Below, one piece after another: positions 19,835 to 31,900 of a stretch of DNA of 63,101 nt (positions within the stretch are counted from its first letter, which is position 1; every line of letters starts with the position of its first letter). Where the stretch lies: the IMG/VR virus record IMGVR_UViG_3300014613_000003, positions 1-63,101 of that record; one strand, 5' to 3'. The position numbers were made by a program, and so were the translations under genes. The notes under the pieces are model-generated. The model was given only the letters and a program-made list of their open reading frames with translations, searched no databases and was not told where the DNA came from. Origin of the DNA: a virus (taxonomy: Duplodnaviria; Caudoviricetes).

Positions 19835-21430
19835 ATGACGCTCTCGTTGCCGGCGATGCGCTACACACCCTACGCCGAAGGCACGGCTCCCATGTATTTC
19901 CGGGCATTTGGTTCAGACGCGGCCTACGGTGTTCCTCTATCGGGGGACCAGGCAAACAGGCTACACAAAACCATAGATGGGATTAGCTGGACCGTACTAA
20001 GTTCGACTTTGCCGCAGGTGGCGGGCGATTTTGGGTGGGTGTCGGGGGCGCTAGTGTGGAAAGCGACCGAAGCCCCGTTTACCCGGATCGTTGTAGCCCA
20101 CAACGAGGAAGACGCCGTGTTCAAAAACACACCAGTGTCTTTCAACCCTATCATCTATGGCCCGGATGTAATTGTGGGTTTCTCTGCAGCAGGTAGTAGC
20201 TCTGCGATAACGGTACGCGCCTACGTGTCCCGTGATCTGGGCGACACATGGACGATGGTGACGGTGGGCAGCGCCCGCGGGTCTACCTATGCGGGCGTGA
20301 CTGCCGACGGGCTGTTTTGGTACTTCGCGTCGGGCTCAAAAACCCTATGGTATTCGCCAGACTTGGTTGCTTGGTTGAGTGCCCCGACAACCAGCAGCGC
20401 GGTTAGTTTTGCCACCGGCGAATTGCTGGTAATCAACAACACTAACGAGCTGCTGGTTTACAAAGGCGGCGGAATGATATCTCTGCCACCACTGACCAAC
20501 TTCGTCGACGCTGTGTACCCTTGGCAGGGTGGTGTGTTGGCCTTTGGGTTGCTGGACGTGGGGGGAATGTCTGCCGCGAGGCTCACGGACATAGTTGAGC
20601 TTACGACAGCTGCGTTTCTCCCAGTAGACTACGCGCCGAACGAATACTTCTCGTACAACCCAAGCACCGGCTTGTTCCTTGGCCGGTACGGCTCGATGGT
20701 GTCCTTCACGCCGCCTTTCTGGACGCTCCTAAAACAAACGCAGACTATTGGCTACGCCCTGCCTGTAGAGCCGGTGCTGGAACGGCTGTTCTTCGACACG
20801 TTCGACGGCGCAGACAATACCGAACTAAGCGACCACGTATCAGATACTGGCCACCAGTGGGTGTTAAGCGAGCCCCCGTCGGGCGCTCCGTTCCCTTCAA
20901 TCATATACGTTGGAAGACTGTATCCCCAGTCTACGTACAGCGCAGCTAACCGCGCCGTCTACTCGGTGTCGGGTGCAGACTCGCCAACGGCTGACTTCGA
21001 GCTGTCCTACGGGTTGGGGGGAACGATTAACGGCGGGGCTGGAGTCCGGTTGACCGCTAGGCTTCAGCACACCAACGGCCAATACGTAGAGGTAGAAGGG
21101 TACTTCTACGAAGGCAACACTACGATGGTTGCGCGAATCAATGACGCCCAAGGGTCGCGTACGGTAGAGCTATTCACCTCGACTCAGACTTATTACGGTT
21201 CAGATGCAGCGATTCGCATACGCGCCTCGGCTGAGGGGTTCAAGGTGATGTACGCGTACAGCGACTCTAACGGGACAGCGGAGTACGAGGAGATAGCGTA
21301 CATCCCGAGTTCATACTCGATCGAAGCCGGGAGCTTCGCGTCTACGATCAAGTACGAGGGGTATGGCTTCGGTCCAGTCGGCGGTACGCTGTGTGAGTGG
21401 ATGGAGCTTTCAGCGGTAGTACCTGGTTAA
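19835..21430 (+). CDS. Putative receptor-binding/tail protein with Asp-box (BNR-like) motifs
   Basis: KTIDGISW, SRDLGDTW, SPDLVAW motifs; lower GC3 than its neighbours. Confidence 0.55.
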   Translation: MTLSLPAMRYTPYAEGTAPMYFRAFGSDAAYGVPLSGDQANRLHKTIDGISWTVLSSTLPQVAGDFGWVSGALVWKATEAPFTRIVVAHNEEDAVFKNTPVSFNPIIYGPDVIVGFSAAGSSSAITVRAYVSRDLGDTWTMVTVGSARGSTYAGVTADGLFWYFASGSKTLWYSPDLVAWLSAPTTSSAVSFATGELLVINNTNELLVYKGGGMISLPPLTNFVDAVYPWQGGVLAFGLLDVGGMSAARLTDIVELTTAAFLPVDYAPNEYFSYNPSTGLFLGRYGSMVSFTPPFWTLLKQTQTIGYALPVEPVLERLFFDTFDGADNTELSDHVSDTGHQWVLSEPPSGAPFPSIIYVGRLYPQSTYSAANRAVYSVSGADSPTADFELSYGLGGTINGGAGVRLTARLQHTNGQYVEVEGYFYEGNTTMVARINDAQGSRTVELFTSTQTYYGSDAAIRIRASAEGFKVMYAYSDSNGTAEYEEIAYIPSSYSIEAGSFASTIKYEGYGFGPVGGTLCEWMELSAVVPG

Positions 21431-21513
21431 GTCACCCGCTTAGTCAGCCCTTCCTTGCGGCGTAGGGTTCGAGCCGCCGCGTGCTTAGCTTCCCCCCGGC
21501 CGCATAACCCCCC

Positions 21514-21541
21514 TTGCCATTGGTAGGGAGTCACATAGCGT
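21514..21541 (+). promoter_or_regulatory. Late-type promoter copy 4 (TTGCCA-N16-TAGCGT)
   Basis: Conserved motif upstream of the ejection-protein operon. Confidence 0.75.
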
Positions 21542-21568
21542 CGGGCGCATCCTCAGTAGGAGCGCCCC

Positions 21569-22990
21569 ATGGCTACCAACCCCGACGAACTCGACCCGAA
21601 GAAGCGACCGCCTCAGCTGGGCATGACGCTTACGCCGACCCAGCAGCGCCAGCAGCGCGTCGACGCCGACATGCAGCGCGCATCCTCGCGCATTCAGGAA
21701 ACAAAGCGGGGCTTCAAAAAGGCCGCCGGCGCCGTAGGCAGCGCGATCGGCACCGCTGCGGGCGCAGTCTTTAACGCCGGCACGGTGGTGCCGCGCACTA
21801 TTGCGGACGTGGCGACGGGCAAGATCCCGCTCAACGTCAGCCATCTGCCCGACTACGACAACAAGGGCGTGGAGCAACGCAAGGCCGCCAATTGGGCGCA
21901 GAACAACCCGGCCGAGGCCGATGCCGCCCGCGTCGGTATGCGCGCGGTCGCCGATCGCGCCACGTCTGCCGCCATCGGACAGGTCCAGGCCGCACAGCCT
22001 GCCAGTGCGCCAGGCATGGGCGACACCAGCACGCCGGCCGTCAACCTGAACGCCCCAGCGCCGGCCGCCCCTGCTGCGCCTGCTGCTACAGCACCCGTTA
22101 CCAGCGATGCCGGCCCGCAGGGTCAGCCCGATGGCGGCTACCAGCGCACGTCGGTCGAGGGCGTGGTAGGTCGCGTCGGCGCCAATGGCGTGCCCGAGTT
22201 CAGCAATGCGCCGGGCGACGTATCGTCTTCATCCGATAATCAGATGACTGCCGGCCGCATGGGCAACGGTGTCGGGATGCTTTCCGTCGGTGCTGCCGGT
22301 GACAGCGCGCTGGCCATGGAGCGCTTTGGGCGCGCCAGCGAGATTCGCGCCGGTACCAACCAGCTGCGCCGCCAAGGCACCCTCGGCGATAACGGGAACT
22401 TCACCATCGTGAAGGACAGCGGGCGCACGCCGAACATCGGCGAGGTGGTCAATGAGCGCTTGGGCATGTCCCGTCAGCGCCTGGCGAACGAAACTGCCAA
22501 CAGCCAGGCCGATCGCAGTTTGCGTGAGCGCGACCTGGAGGCCCGAGCGGGCTTCAAGAACCGCGAGCTGGGCAACCAGGAGCGCGAGCTGAGCAATGCC
22601 GAGCAAACCGGCGCCCTGGAGCGCCAGCGCCTCGGCATGGAGCTGGAAACCGGGCAGCTGAGCTTGGAACAGCAGCGCCAGATTCAGCAGCTACGCGAGC
22701 AGCTGGCCGACCCGAACCTGGACCCGGCGACCCGCGAGCAGATCCAGCGCACCTACAACGCCCTGACCATTCCGGCCAAAGACCGCTACATGCTGCAAGA
22801 CACGGTGATGGGCGAAGCATTCGGTCAGCCAATCATGGGCAAGGCGGCGCTCGACGTTACTACCGGGCAGATGGTCGGGCAAAACCAGCAGCCGGCCGCA
22901 CAGCAACCCCCGCAGGCCGGCACCGTAAGGAATGGCTACCGATTCAAAGGCGGCGATCCGAAAGACCAAAAGAATTGGGAGCAGATTTGA
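21569..22990 (+). CDS. Internal virion (ejection) protein
   Basis: AGGAG RBS; Q/A-rich; C-terminal GYRFKGGDP...NW motif typical of ejection proteins. Confidence 0.7.
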   Translation: MATNPDELDPKKRPPQLGMTLTPTQQRQQRVDADMQRASSRIQETKRGFKKAAGAVGSAIGTAAGAVFNAGTVVPRTIADVATGKIPLNVSHLPDYDNKGVEQRKAANWAQNNPAEADAARVGMRAVADRATSAAIGQVQAAQPASAPGMGDTSTPAVNLNAPAPAAPAAPAATAPVTSDAGPQGQPDGGYQRTSVEGVVGRVGANGVPEFSNAPGDVSSSSDNQMTAGRMGNGVGMLSVGAAGDSALAMERFGRASEIRAGTNQLRRQGTLGDNGNFTIVKDSGRTPNIGEVVNERLGMSRQRLANETANSQADRSLRERDLEARAGFKNRELGNQERELSNAEQTGALERQRLGMELETGQLSLEQQRQIQQLREQLADPNLDPATREQIQRTYNALTIPAKDRYMLQDTVMGEAFGQPIMGKAALDVTTGQMVGQNQQPAAQQPPQAGTVRNGYRFKGGDPKDQKNWEQI

Positions 22991-25900
22991 ATGGCTGATC
23001 TAAAGCCGTGGGAAGAATACGCGCAGCAACAGCCAGGCTCGACGCCAGCGCTTAAACCCTGGGAGGAATACGGCGGCACCACTGCGCCCGAGGCCTCCGG
23101 GGTGATCGACACCTTGAAAGAGGGCACCAAGAGCGCCGGCCGCGCGATCGGTTCCGCCGTCAACACCTACACAGGTAATGCCGATGCTGTAGTCGAGAAG
23201 GCCGCCGCGCAGCAGGAAGCGCCGAAAGACGAGCGCCTGGCCAATTTCTACAGCGACGTAGAGAAGAACAGCGCGGACGACAGCGAAGATGCTGGCGTGC
23301 TCGATGCGGTCGGCAATGTCGGTAAGGCGATATGGGACAACCCGGCCGGCGCTGGCCTGGCCGTCGTGGAGCAGATCCCGAACTCGGTACCGACCCTGGC
23401 TGGTGGCTTCGCTGGCATGAAGGGCGGCGCGGCGCTGGGTACTGCCGTGGGCGGCCCGGTCGGCGCTGCTGTAGGCGGTATCGCCGGCGGCCTGGCCGGC
23501 ATGTTCCTCGGTAACACGGCGATCGAAACCGGCCACAAGGCTATGGCCGCCGCCGATGACGGCGAGTACACGCCCGAGGAAATGGACCAGGTGAAGCGCG
23601 AAGGCGCTATCAAGGGTGGCGTTATCACCGGCGTGGATGCGCTGACCCTTGGCGCTGGTGGCCGGCTCGCTGGCGCCATGCAACGCACCGTTTCGACGGC
23701 TATGGAATCGGCGACCCGTAAGGCGCTGATCGACCGCGGCGTCGACGTGGCGGACGAGGCGTCCGTTCTGGCGGCCCGTAATGATCCGGCTATCAGCGCG
23801 GCCGTGCGTGCGGCTCAAGAGAGCGCCGTGAAGGCTACCGACACCCTCAAGCGTCGCGCGGCTGAGGCCGGCACGCTTATGTCCATGGAAACCGTGGGCG
23901 AAGGCGTGGGCGAGTACCTGGGCGAGCTGGCGGCCACCGGCGAGGGTAATGTTACCGATGCTGTGCTGGAGTCGCTGCTGTCCGTTGGGCAGTCCGGCGC
24001 CGAAACCGTCTGGAACATGACCCGCAAGCGCGAGCGCCCTGGCATGTGGACCGAGGCCGCCGCGATCGCCGATCCAACCCTGGACCAGGCCGCACCGCTG
24101 GAGGATCCAGCCGTCGATACGTCGACCGTCCAGCCGCTACCGAGCGAGGGCAACCCAGCACCGGCGCCGGTACCGCGCCCCGACCCGAGCAACGGCCCGC
24201 TGTCGGCCGCAGCCGCTGCGATGCCTGCCGCGCCGATCGCTGGTCCGCTGGCTGACGCTGTGCCGGCTGCCGAGGCTGTTGCAGAGCAGCCCGCGGCAGA
24301 GGCAACCGTGAGCGCCGAGGGACCACTGGCCGATGCGCCACCCATGAACGACTACGCCGCCGAGCAACCGCAAGCGGCTGCTGAGGTGCCCGCCACTAGC
24401 GAACCTGTCGCTACGCCGTCGCAGCGCGCCATCCTGACCCGTCGTGGCGTACCGGTCGAGCAGATCGCCAGGCTTAGCCAGAAAGCGGCCGGCGACCTCA
24501 TTAAGCAGCAGAACAAGACCCAGCAGGCCGGCAAGCCCGAGCCGCAGCAGATGGGCCTACAGGAGCCCGCCGCCGTCGAATCAGAACTGCGCGAGCAGCT
24601 GGGCTACCTGGAGCGCCAGGCGAAGTCGGCCGGCGGCTGGACCGCGCCGCTTAGTCGTGAGCGTGCGCGCCTTCGCGCCGCCCTGGAGCAGTTCGGCGGC
24701 GAGCAGGCAGCCAAGCAACCCGCGGCCGATCCGATCCAAGGCCAGGACATTGACGGCGACTGGATGACCTTCGCCGAGCAGTCCGGTACCAAGCAGGTAC
24801 CGCGCGCCAACATGCCGCAGATCAAGGCCGAGCACCGCGGCGCGATGGTCAATTTCCTGAATGCCCGCGGCATTACGCACCAGGACGAATCGGTGCCAGC
24901 CGCCAGCCTCAAGCCGACGCAGGGCGAGTTCAGCCGCAAGAAGGTGGAGCAGGCCAAGGCCTACACCGGCGGCAACCGCAGCATATTGGTTTCATCCGAT
25001 AATCATGTGCTTGACGGTCATCACCAGTGGCTCGCAGCCCGTGAGGCCGGCGAGGACGTGAAGGTTATTCGCCTGGGCGCGCCGATCGAGGATCTGTTGA
25101 CCGCTGCCGCGGAGTTCCCTAGCTCGACTACCGCCGAGGGCGCGACCACTGCGCAGGCTCCGGAAAAGCCGGCAGCGGAGCAGGTAAAGGCTGCGCGCAA
25201 GCCCAAGCAGGAGGCTATGCCGACGCAAGCATTCAAGTCGACGGCAGGCGTGGGCGACATATTGGCGGTGAAAGAGCGCTACAGCGACGACAAGTTCGGT
25301 GTGTCTTGGTCGAGCACTGATATTGCGAGCGCCGGCTCGATGGAGGAAGCCGCGGCGATCGCCAAGGCCGTCGCCGAGTCGGGCGCCGACAATATCACCG
25401 ATATGCGTGCTGCTGCTGCCAAGTTCCGTAGCGCGGCGCCAGCTGATCAAATGGCCGTCAAAGACGCAGCCCCCGCCACGCCTGACGCAGCGCCAGTCAA
25501 ATGGTTCGCGTCCGAGAGCAAGGCCAATGACTTCATCGCCAAGAAGAAGCTCAGCGCCACGCACCAGGTGGTAAAGAACGGCAGCAAGTACGAGATTCAG
25601 CCGCTGGCAGAGCAGCAAGGGGACTTAATAGTCCAGCAGCCTCCGGTAGTTGAGCCTACCCCCGCAGCGGAACCCGTGGTTGAACAGGTCGAGGAGGCTG
25701 CCAAGGCGCCCGAGCCGTCAGTAGAGGCTGCCGAGCAAGACACCGACAGCCAGAAGCCGGCCGTGCCGAGCGATGCGGAGCTAGAGCTGGCGTCCCGGCA
25801 CAAGAAGATCGACAAGACCCTTGATCTGATGGATGACGCGCAGATCACGGATCTGTACGCCCGCGCCAACCTGGCGGGAGCCGCTACACCTGTTGAGCAA

Positions 25901-28900
25901 AAGCGCAAGATCCTGAGCCAAGAGCATCCCGACGACATTGAGCCACTGTTGAAGCCGAAAGCCGAGCCGGCCGCCAAGGCGCCCGAGCCTGAGACTGCGC
26001 CGGAGTCAACCAGCATTGCGGTGCGCAGCATTCGCGCGGGCAAGCAGCTGGCCCTTGCGCTGGAAGCTATCGGCTTTACCAAGATCGAAGGCACCAACGG
26101 CATGAAGCATGTAGTGGAGGGCGCCGGCCGCGCCGCCACCACCAGCGTTCGCCCCATCCGCACGGACGACCAGATCCAGTTCCAGGTCTCGTCAGTGACC
26201 ACCAGTATGCAAGACGGTCGCATGAAATCGGCAGCGCCGGGCATGACGGAAACCTTCGACAGCATGGACGAGGCGGTCGCCCTGGCCGCGCAGTGGCAGG
26301 AAGTAAACCGCAAGTGGGTACGTGACGCGGTAGCGCCGTCCGGTACAGCTCAAGCCGCCGATACTGGAGTCCCGATCGAGGACGCCCGCAAGAGCGACAA
26401 GCTACGCCAGGCGCGCAAGATGGGACTGGACGCATACAACGCAGGCGAGGAACGCACGCCGCCGGCATGGATGGGCGAGGGTGATATTGCTGATGCCTGG
26501 CTGGTCGGCTTTGGTGACGGCATCGCGGCGAATCTCCAGCGCAACATGGACGCCGCCAAGGAGCAGGAGAAGGTCGCCGCGCCTGACCTTGCGCAGCAGC
26601 TCGCCGGCATGAGCAACGCCGCCCTGTCGTCGCTGATAGACGATATCGCCGCCGAGGACGCACAGGTCGCCGACACGGCCAAGCCTGCGCCCAAGCGCAA
26701 GCGCAAGACCCAGCCGAAGGCCAAGGACGCCACGCCGAAGCCGCGTAGCACCACGTCGCCGGCCGAAAGCGCCGACGAAACCGACGCTGCCGACGTCGAG
26801 CGCACTGCCGGCGAGATTGCCAAGAGCTTCGGCTACAATGTCAGCAGTGCCGGCATGGAAGCGATCAAGGGGCTTACCGAGCTGTTTGGTGGATCCGGCA
26901 AGCTGTCCAGCGGTCTGACGTTTGACGAGGAAACCTACGCCAAGGCCAAGCCGCACTTCCAAGCCATGTTGCGTGACGCACAGGCAGCCGGGCACGACCT
27001 GGCGCAGTTCGTCCGGACGGTATTGCAGAGCTTCGGAACCGGCGTAAAGCCGTACATCATCCGCTACGCCAACGACCTTCGGGACGAGGTGGCGCAGCCG
27101 CAGGAGAACACCAATGGCACAGACAGCACTCAGCCCGCAGTGGATCGCGGAAATCCGGCAGGAGTACCAGGCGCTGCTGGCGGACGAGGAAACGATGCAC
27201 AATCGGGATCTGCACCGGCGGATTCTGACGGCGTGGCGTCTGGAGAGCCCGAAAATGTGGGCGAACCTGGCGCGGGCGGGACTGACGACGCCGCTGGCCT
27301 ACGTCCTGCAAAACCGGATGTGGACGGAAATGGACGAGCTGCTGGGGCAGGGCGTGCCGGTAACGGACGCGAAGGAACAGGCCGAGCGAAACCATCTGAT
27401 GATGGAGCCCGAGCAGACCGAAGCCCAAGCGTAACCCCGACCAAGGCGCCCGCCGAGGTCAGTCCAGGCAATCCCGGCCCTGGCAATTTCCATGTAGCTG
27501 ACCCGCTCAAGATCGTAGGTGGCGGCCAGGTCGCCCGCTTCGACAAGAACCGTGCGGCGATCGACCTGTACAACGACCTGCGCGCCGAAGGCCGTCCGGC
27601 CACCCGTGAAGAACAGGAAACACTCGCCGGCTATACCGGCTGGGGTTCGTTCGGTCAGGAGTTGTTCCAAGGCAGTTGGGCGCACCCGGCGCCTAAGAGC
27701 GGCTGGGAAGCGCGCGATAGCTGGTTGCGCGACAACCTGGGGCAAACCGAGTGGGAAGGCCTGCAACGCTCGATCACCAACGCCCACTACACCGACCCGC
27801 CGACCGTTATGGCGATGTGGGAAATGGTGAAGCGCATGGGCTTCGACGGCGGCCGTGTTCTGGAGCCGTCCATGGGTATCGGCAACTTCTTTGGCATGAT
27901 GCCGGCCGACCTCAAGGCGCGCAGTCAGCTTGCCGGCATCGAGCTTGATCCGGTCACGGGCGGCATGGCCAAGCTGCTGTACCCCGAGGCTAACGTCCAG
28001 GTGAAGGGCTACCAGGATTCCAAGACGCCCGACGGCTTCTATGACCTGGTGATAGGAAACTGGCCGTTCGAGGACACGGTGATCGCCGATCGCCGGTACC
28101 AGCGCCTGAACCCGTACCTACACGACTACTTTTTCCTGAAAGCGGTGGACCAGGCGCGCGCGGGCGGCCTGGTGGTCGGCATTACGTCCAAGGGCAGCAT
28201 GGACAAGAAGTCGATCGGGATCCGCGCCGAGCTGGCCAAGAAGGCCGAGCTAGTGGCGTCGTTCCGCTTGCCGTCTGGCGCCTTCAAGGAATACGCCGGT
28301 ACCAGCGTCGTGACGGATATCGTCATTCTGCGCAAGCGTCCCGAGCCGGTGCGCAACATCAGTGACGCCGGCTGGATTGAATCGGTCGACTACAAGACGC
28401 CGAGCGGCGAAACCGTCTCGATCAACGAGTATTACGTCAAGAACCCGCAGAACGTCATCGGCACTATCGACTTCGGCCACGGGACCACCTTCAAGCGGCC
28501 GGGCATGATCGTTCACCGCCCCGACAACATGGCCGAGCAGCTGGTACGCATCACTGCTATGGCGCCCGAGGGCGCTTTCCAGCCGGAGCGCCAAGCCAAA
28601 ACCGTCAGCTATGTGGCCAATCACACCGACGACCGCGAGAACTCGCTGATCCGTACCAAGGACGGCTTGTTCGTGGTGCGTGGCGAGTACCTGGCGCCGG
28701 CCGTCGACGTGCTGAGCTACAAGATCAAGAACGAAGCCACCAATGCCCAGCGTGAGGATCAGCTGGACCGCCTTATCACCCTGCGCAAGCAGTACGCCGC
28801 GCTGATCGACGCGCAGCGCACCGGCGACGCAAAGACCGAGCGTAAAGCGCTCAAGGCGAGCTACGACGCCTTTGTCGCCAAGCACGGCACGATCAACGGC

Positions 28901-31900
28901 AGTTACGGCCTCAAGTACCTACAGCGCATTGACGACCCGTTCTACGCCTCCCTGGCGGCGCTGGAGATTCAAGGCAAGGACGGCGCCCTGGTGCCCTCGG
29001 CGATCATGTCCAAGGCCACCACGCGCGGCGCGCTGAACATCCAGAGCCCGAGCATCACCGATGCCTACGTGCTGGCGCGCAACCAGTCGATCAACCCAAC
29101 CATTGAGCAGGTCGCTGAGCTGGCGAAGAAGCCGGCCGCCGAGGTGAAAGCCGAGCTACTGGCTAAGGGTGCTGTGTTCGAGCTGCCGAGCGGCGACGTG
29201 GTGCCGGCCGATATCTACCTGTCGGGCAACGTGCGCGAGAAGCTGCGCGATGCCAAGGCCGCCGTCGCCGAAGGCCTGGCGCAGCTGCAAAGCAACGTCG
29301 CCGCCCTGGAGAAGGTGGTGCCGGCCGACGTGCCGTACTACAAGATCGAGGCGCAAATGGGCGCGTCGTGGGTATCGACCGGCATCTATGCCGAGTACGT
29401 CGCCCATATGCTCAACCTGACCACGCCGGACGGCATCGACGTGAGCTATTCCAACGGTCGTTGGAAAATCAAGCTGCCCAAGGGGGCGAACAATCGCGCC
29501 GAGGCCAGCGCCGGGTTTGGTACCCGAGAGGTGCCATTCTCCCGCCTGGTCAACGCCGCGATCACCAACCAGACAATCAACATCACCCGCAAGGGCAGCG
29601 ACGGCAAGAGCTACAACGACCCCGAGGCGACGAAGGAGGTCAACGGCAAGATCAGCGAAATCCGCCAGCGCTTCGGCGAATGGCTGTGGTCCGACCCCGA
29701 GCGCCGCAGCGCCGTGGAGCGCGAGTACAACGACGCCCGCAACGCCTACGCCACGCCGAACTTTGACGGCTCCGTGCTGGGCTTCGAAGGCATGGCGCTG
29801 AGCCTGGGCAACGGCCCGTTCGACCTGCGCAAGCATCAGATGGATGCGATCTGGCGCGCCCTGGTCATGCGCCGCTCGCTCAACGCGCACGAAGTCGGTA
29901 CCGGCAAGACCTTCACCATGGGCGGCATCGCCGTGGAGTCGCGCCGCTACGGCATCGCCAAGAAGCCGCTGATTCTGGCGCACAACGCCAACAGCAAGTC
30001 GGTCGCCGCTGAAATCCAGATGATGTACCCGGCCGCCAAGGTGCTCTACATCGACAACCTGTCGCCCGATACCGTCGATATCAAGCTGCGCCAGATCGCC
30101 AACGACGATTGGGACGCGGTGGTACTGCCGCACTCGCTGATCGACCGTCTGGCGTTCAAGGAAGAAACCCTCATGGCGATCGCCTACGAGGAAATCCGCG
30201 AGCTGGAAATCGCCGCCGCTGAGGCTGCCGCCGAGGATGGCGTGGATCTGACCAAGGAAATGCTCGACGATGAAAAGGCGCTGGAGAAACTGCGCTCCGT
30301 CACTGCGAAAGACCTGGTGAAAACCCGCAACAAGATCATTAACACGATCAAAAAGCAGGCGCAGCAGGCCTCCCGAGAGGGCGCGACCGCGTTCGAGGAT
30401 CTAGGCATTGACATGGTGCTGGTGGACGAGGCGCACGAGTTCAAGAAGCCGCCGTTCTCCACGCAGATGAAGATGAAGGGTCTACAAACCCAATCGTCGA
30501 ACCGCTCGATCGCGCTGGCGTTCCTGACCAAGTACATACGCACCAACAATGCCGGCGGCAACGTCCACCTGTTCACCGGGACACCGATCACCAACACGCT
30601 GACCGAAGTGTTCCACCAGATGCGCTACATCATGCAAGAGGAAATGGAGGCGGCCGGCGTCGATCAGTGGGACGGCTGGTTCGGCTCGTTTGCCCGTGAA
30701 GTCACCGACGTTGAACTGAACGCCGCGGCTGAGTACGAGGCCGTCACGCGCCTGTCCGCCTTTATCAACGTGCCCGAGCTGCGCCGGATGATCGGGCAGT
30801 ACATGGACGTGGTATTCGCCGACGACATGCCGGAAATGAAGCCGCGCCGAACCGCCACCGGCAAACTGTTGAGCGATTCGGATCTGACCGAGGCCGAGCG
30901 CGCCGAGCTGCTGAACGGCCGCACCGAGCAGGCCAAGGACCGCCCGTACAAGAAGGTCATCGTTGATACCGCCGACCTGACCGACGAACAGAAGATCGAG
31001 TTCCAGAAGATCCAGGGCTACGCCCGTGCCTGGCGCAACATGAGCGGCAAAGAGCGCAAGCAGGCAATGAACGCCGGCGACCCTGAATCGCCGATCATCT
31101 ACGAAAACCTGGCAGGCAAAGCCAGCTTTGACGTGCGCCTGAACCGTGGCGCCGAGCTGGCCGGGCAGGAAGGGCGTGTGCCGGACACCGACGACAGCAA
31201 GTCGAGCCGCGTGATTCGCAACGTGCTGGAGATATACGGCTCGCACCCGCTCGCCACGCAGGTGATTTTCGCGCAGCAAGGCCTGTCGACCACCGCGACC
31301 AAGAGCGTTGGTCCTGTCGGCGACAAGCGTAAGGTGACGTACAAGACGTTCTCCACCATGCGCGATATGGTCGAGCGCCTGGTCCAGCAGGGCATCCCGC
31401 GCGAGCAGATCGCGATCGTCGACGGCAGCACCAGCAAGGACAAGCGTAAGGCGATCGCCGATGCCATGAACCGCGCGGAGATTCGTGTGGTCATTGGCAG
31501 TTCGCAGTCGCTTGGCGTGGGCGTGAACATGCAGCGCAACCTGCGCGCCATGCACCACATGGATGCCCCATGGATGCCGGGCGACCTGGAGCAGCGCAAT
31601 GGCCGCGGCCACCGCCAGGGCAACCAGTGGAACACGGTGCTCGAGTACCGCTACCTGACCGACCGCCTGGACGGGCGCCGCTGGCAGGTGCTGGCGATCA
31701 AGCAGCGCTTTATCACGGCGTTCCTCAAGGCCAATGACGCTGACCGCGTGATTGAAGGCGACGCCGCCGGCGAGGAAGAAAGCGACATCCTCGAAACCTT
31801 CGCCGAGGCGGCCGGGGATCCGCGCATTCTGGTGCGTGAAAAGCTGAACAAGAAGATCGACCAGCTGCAATCGCGCGAGCGTCTACACGGCCAGGCTGTG

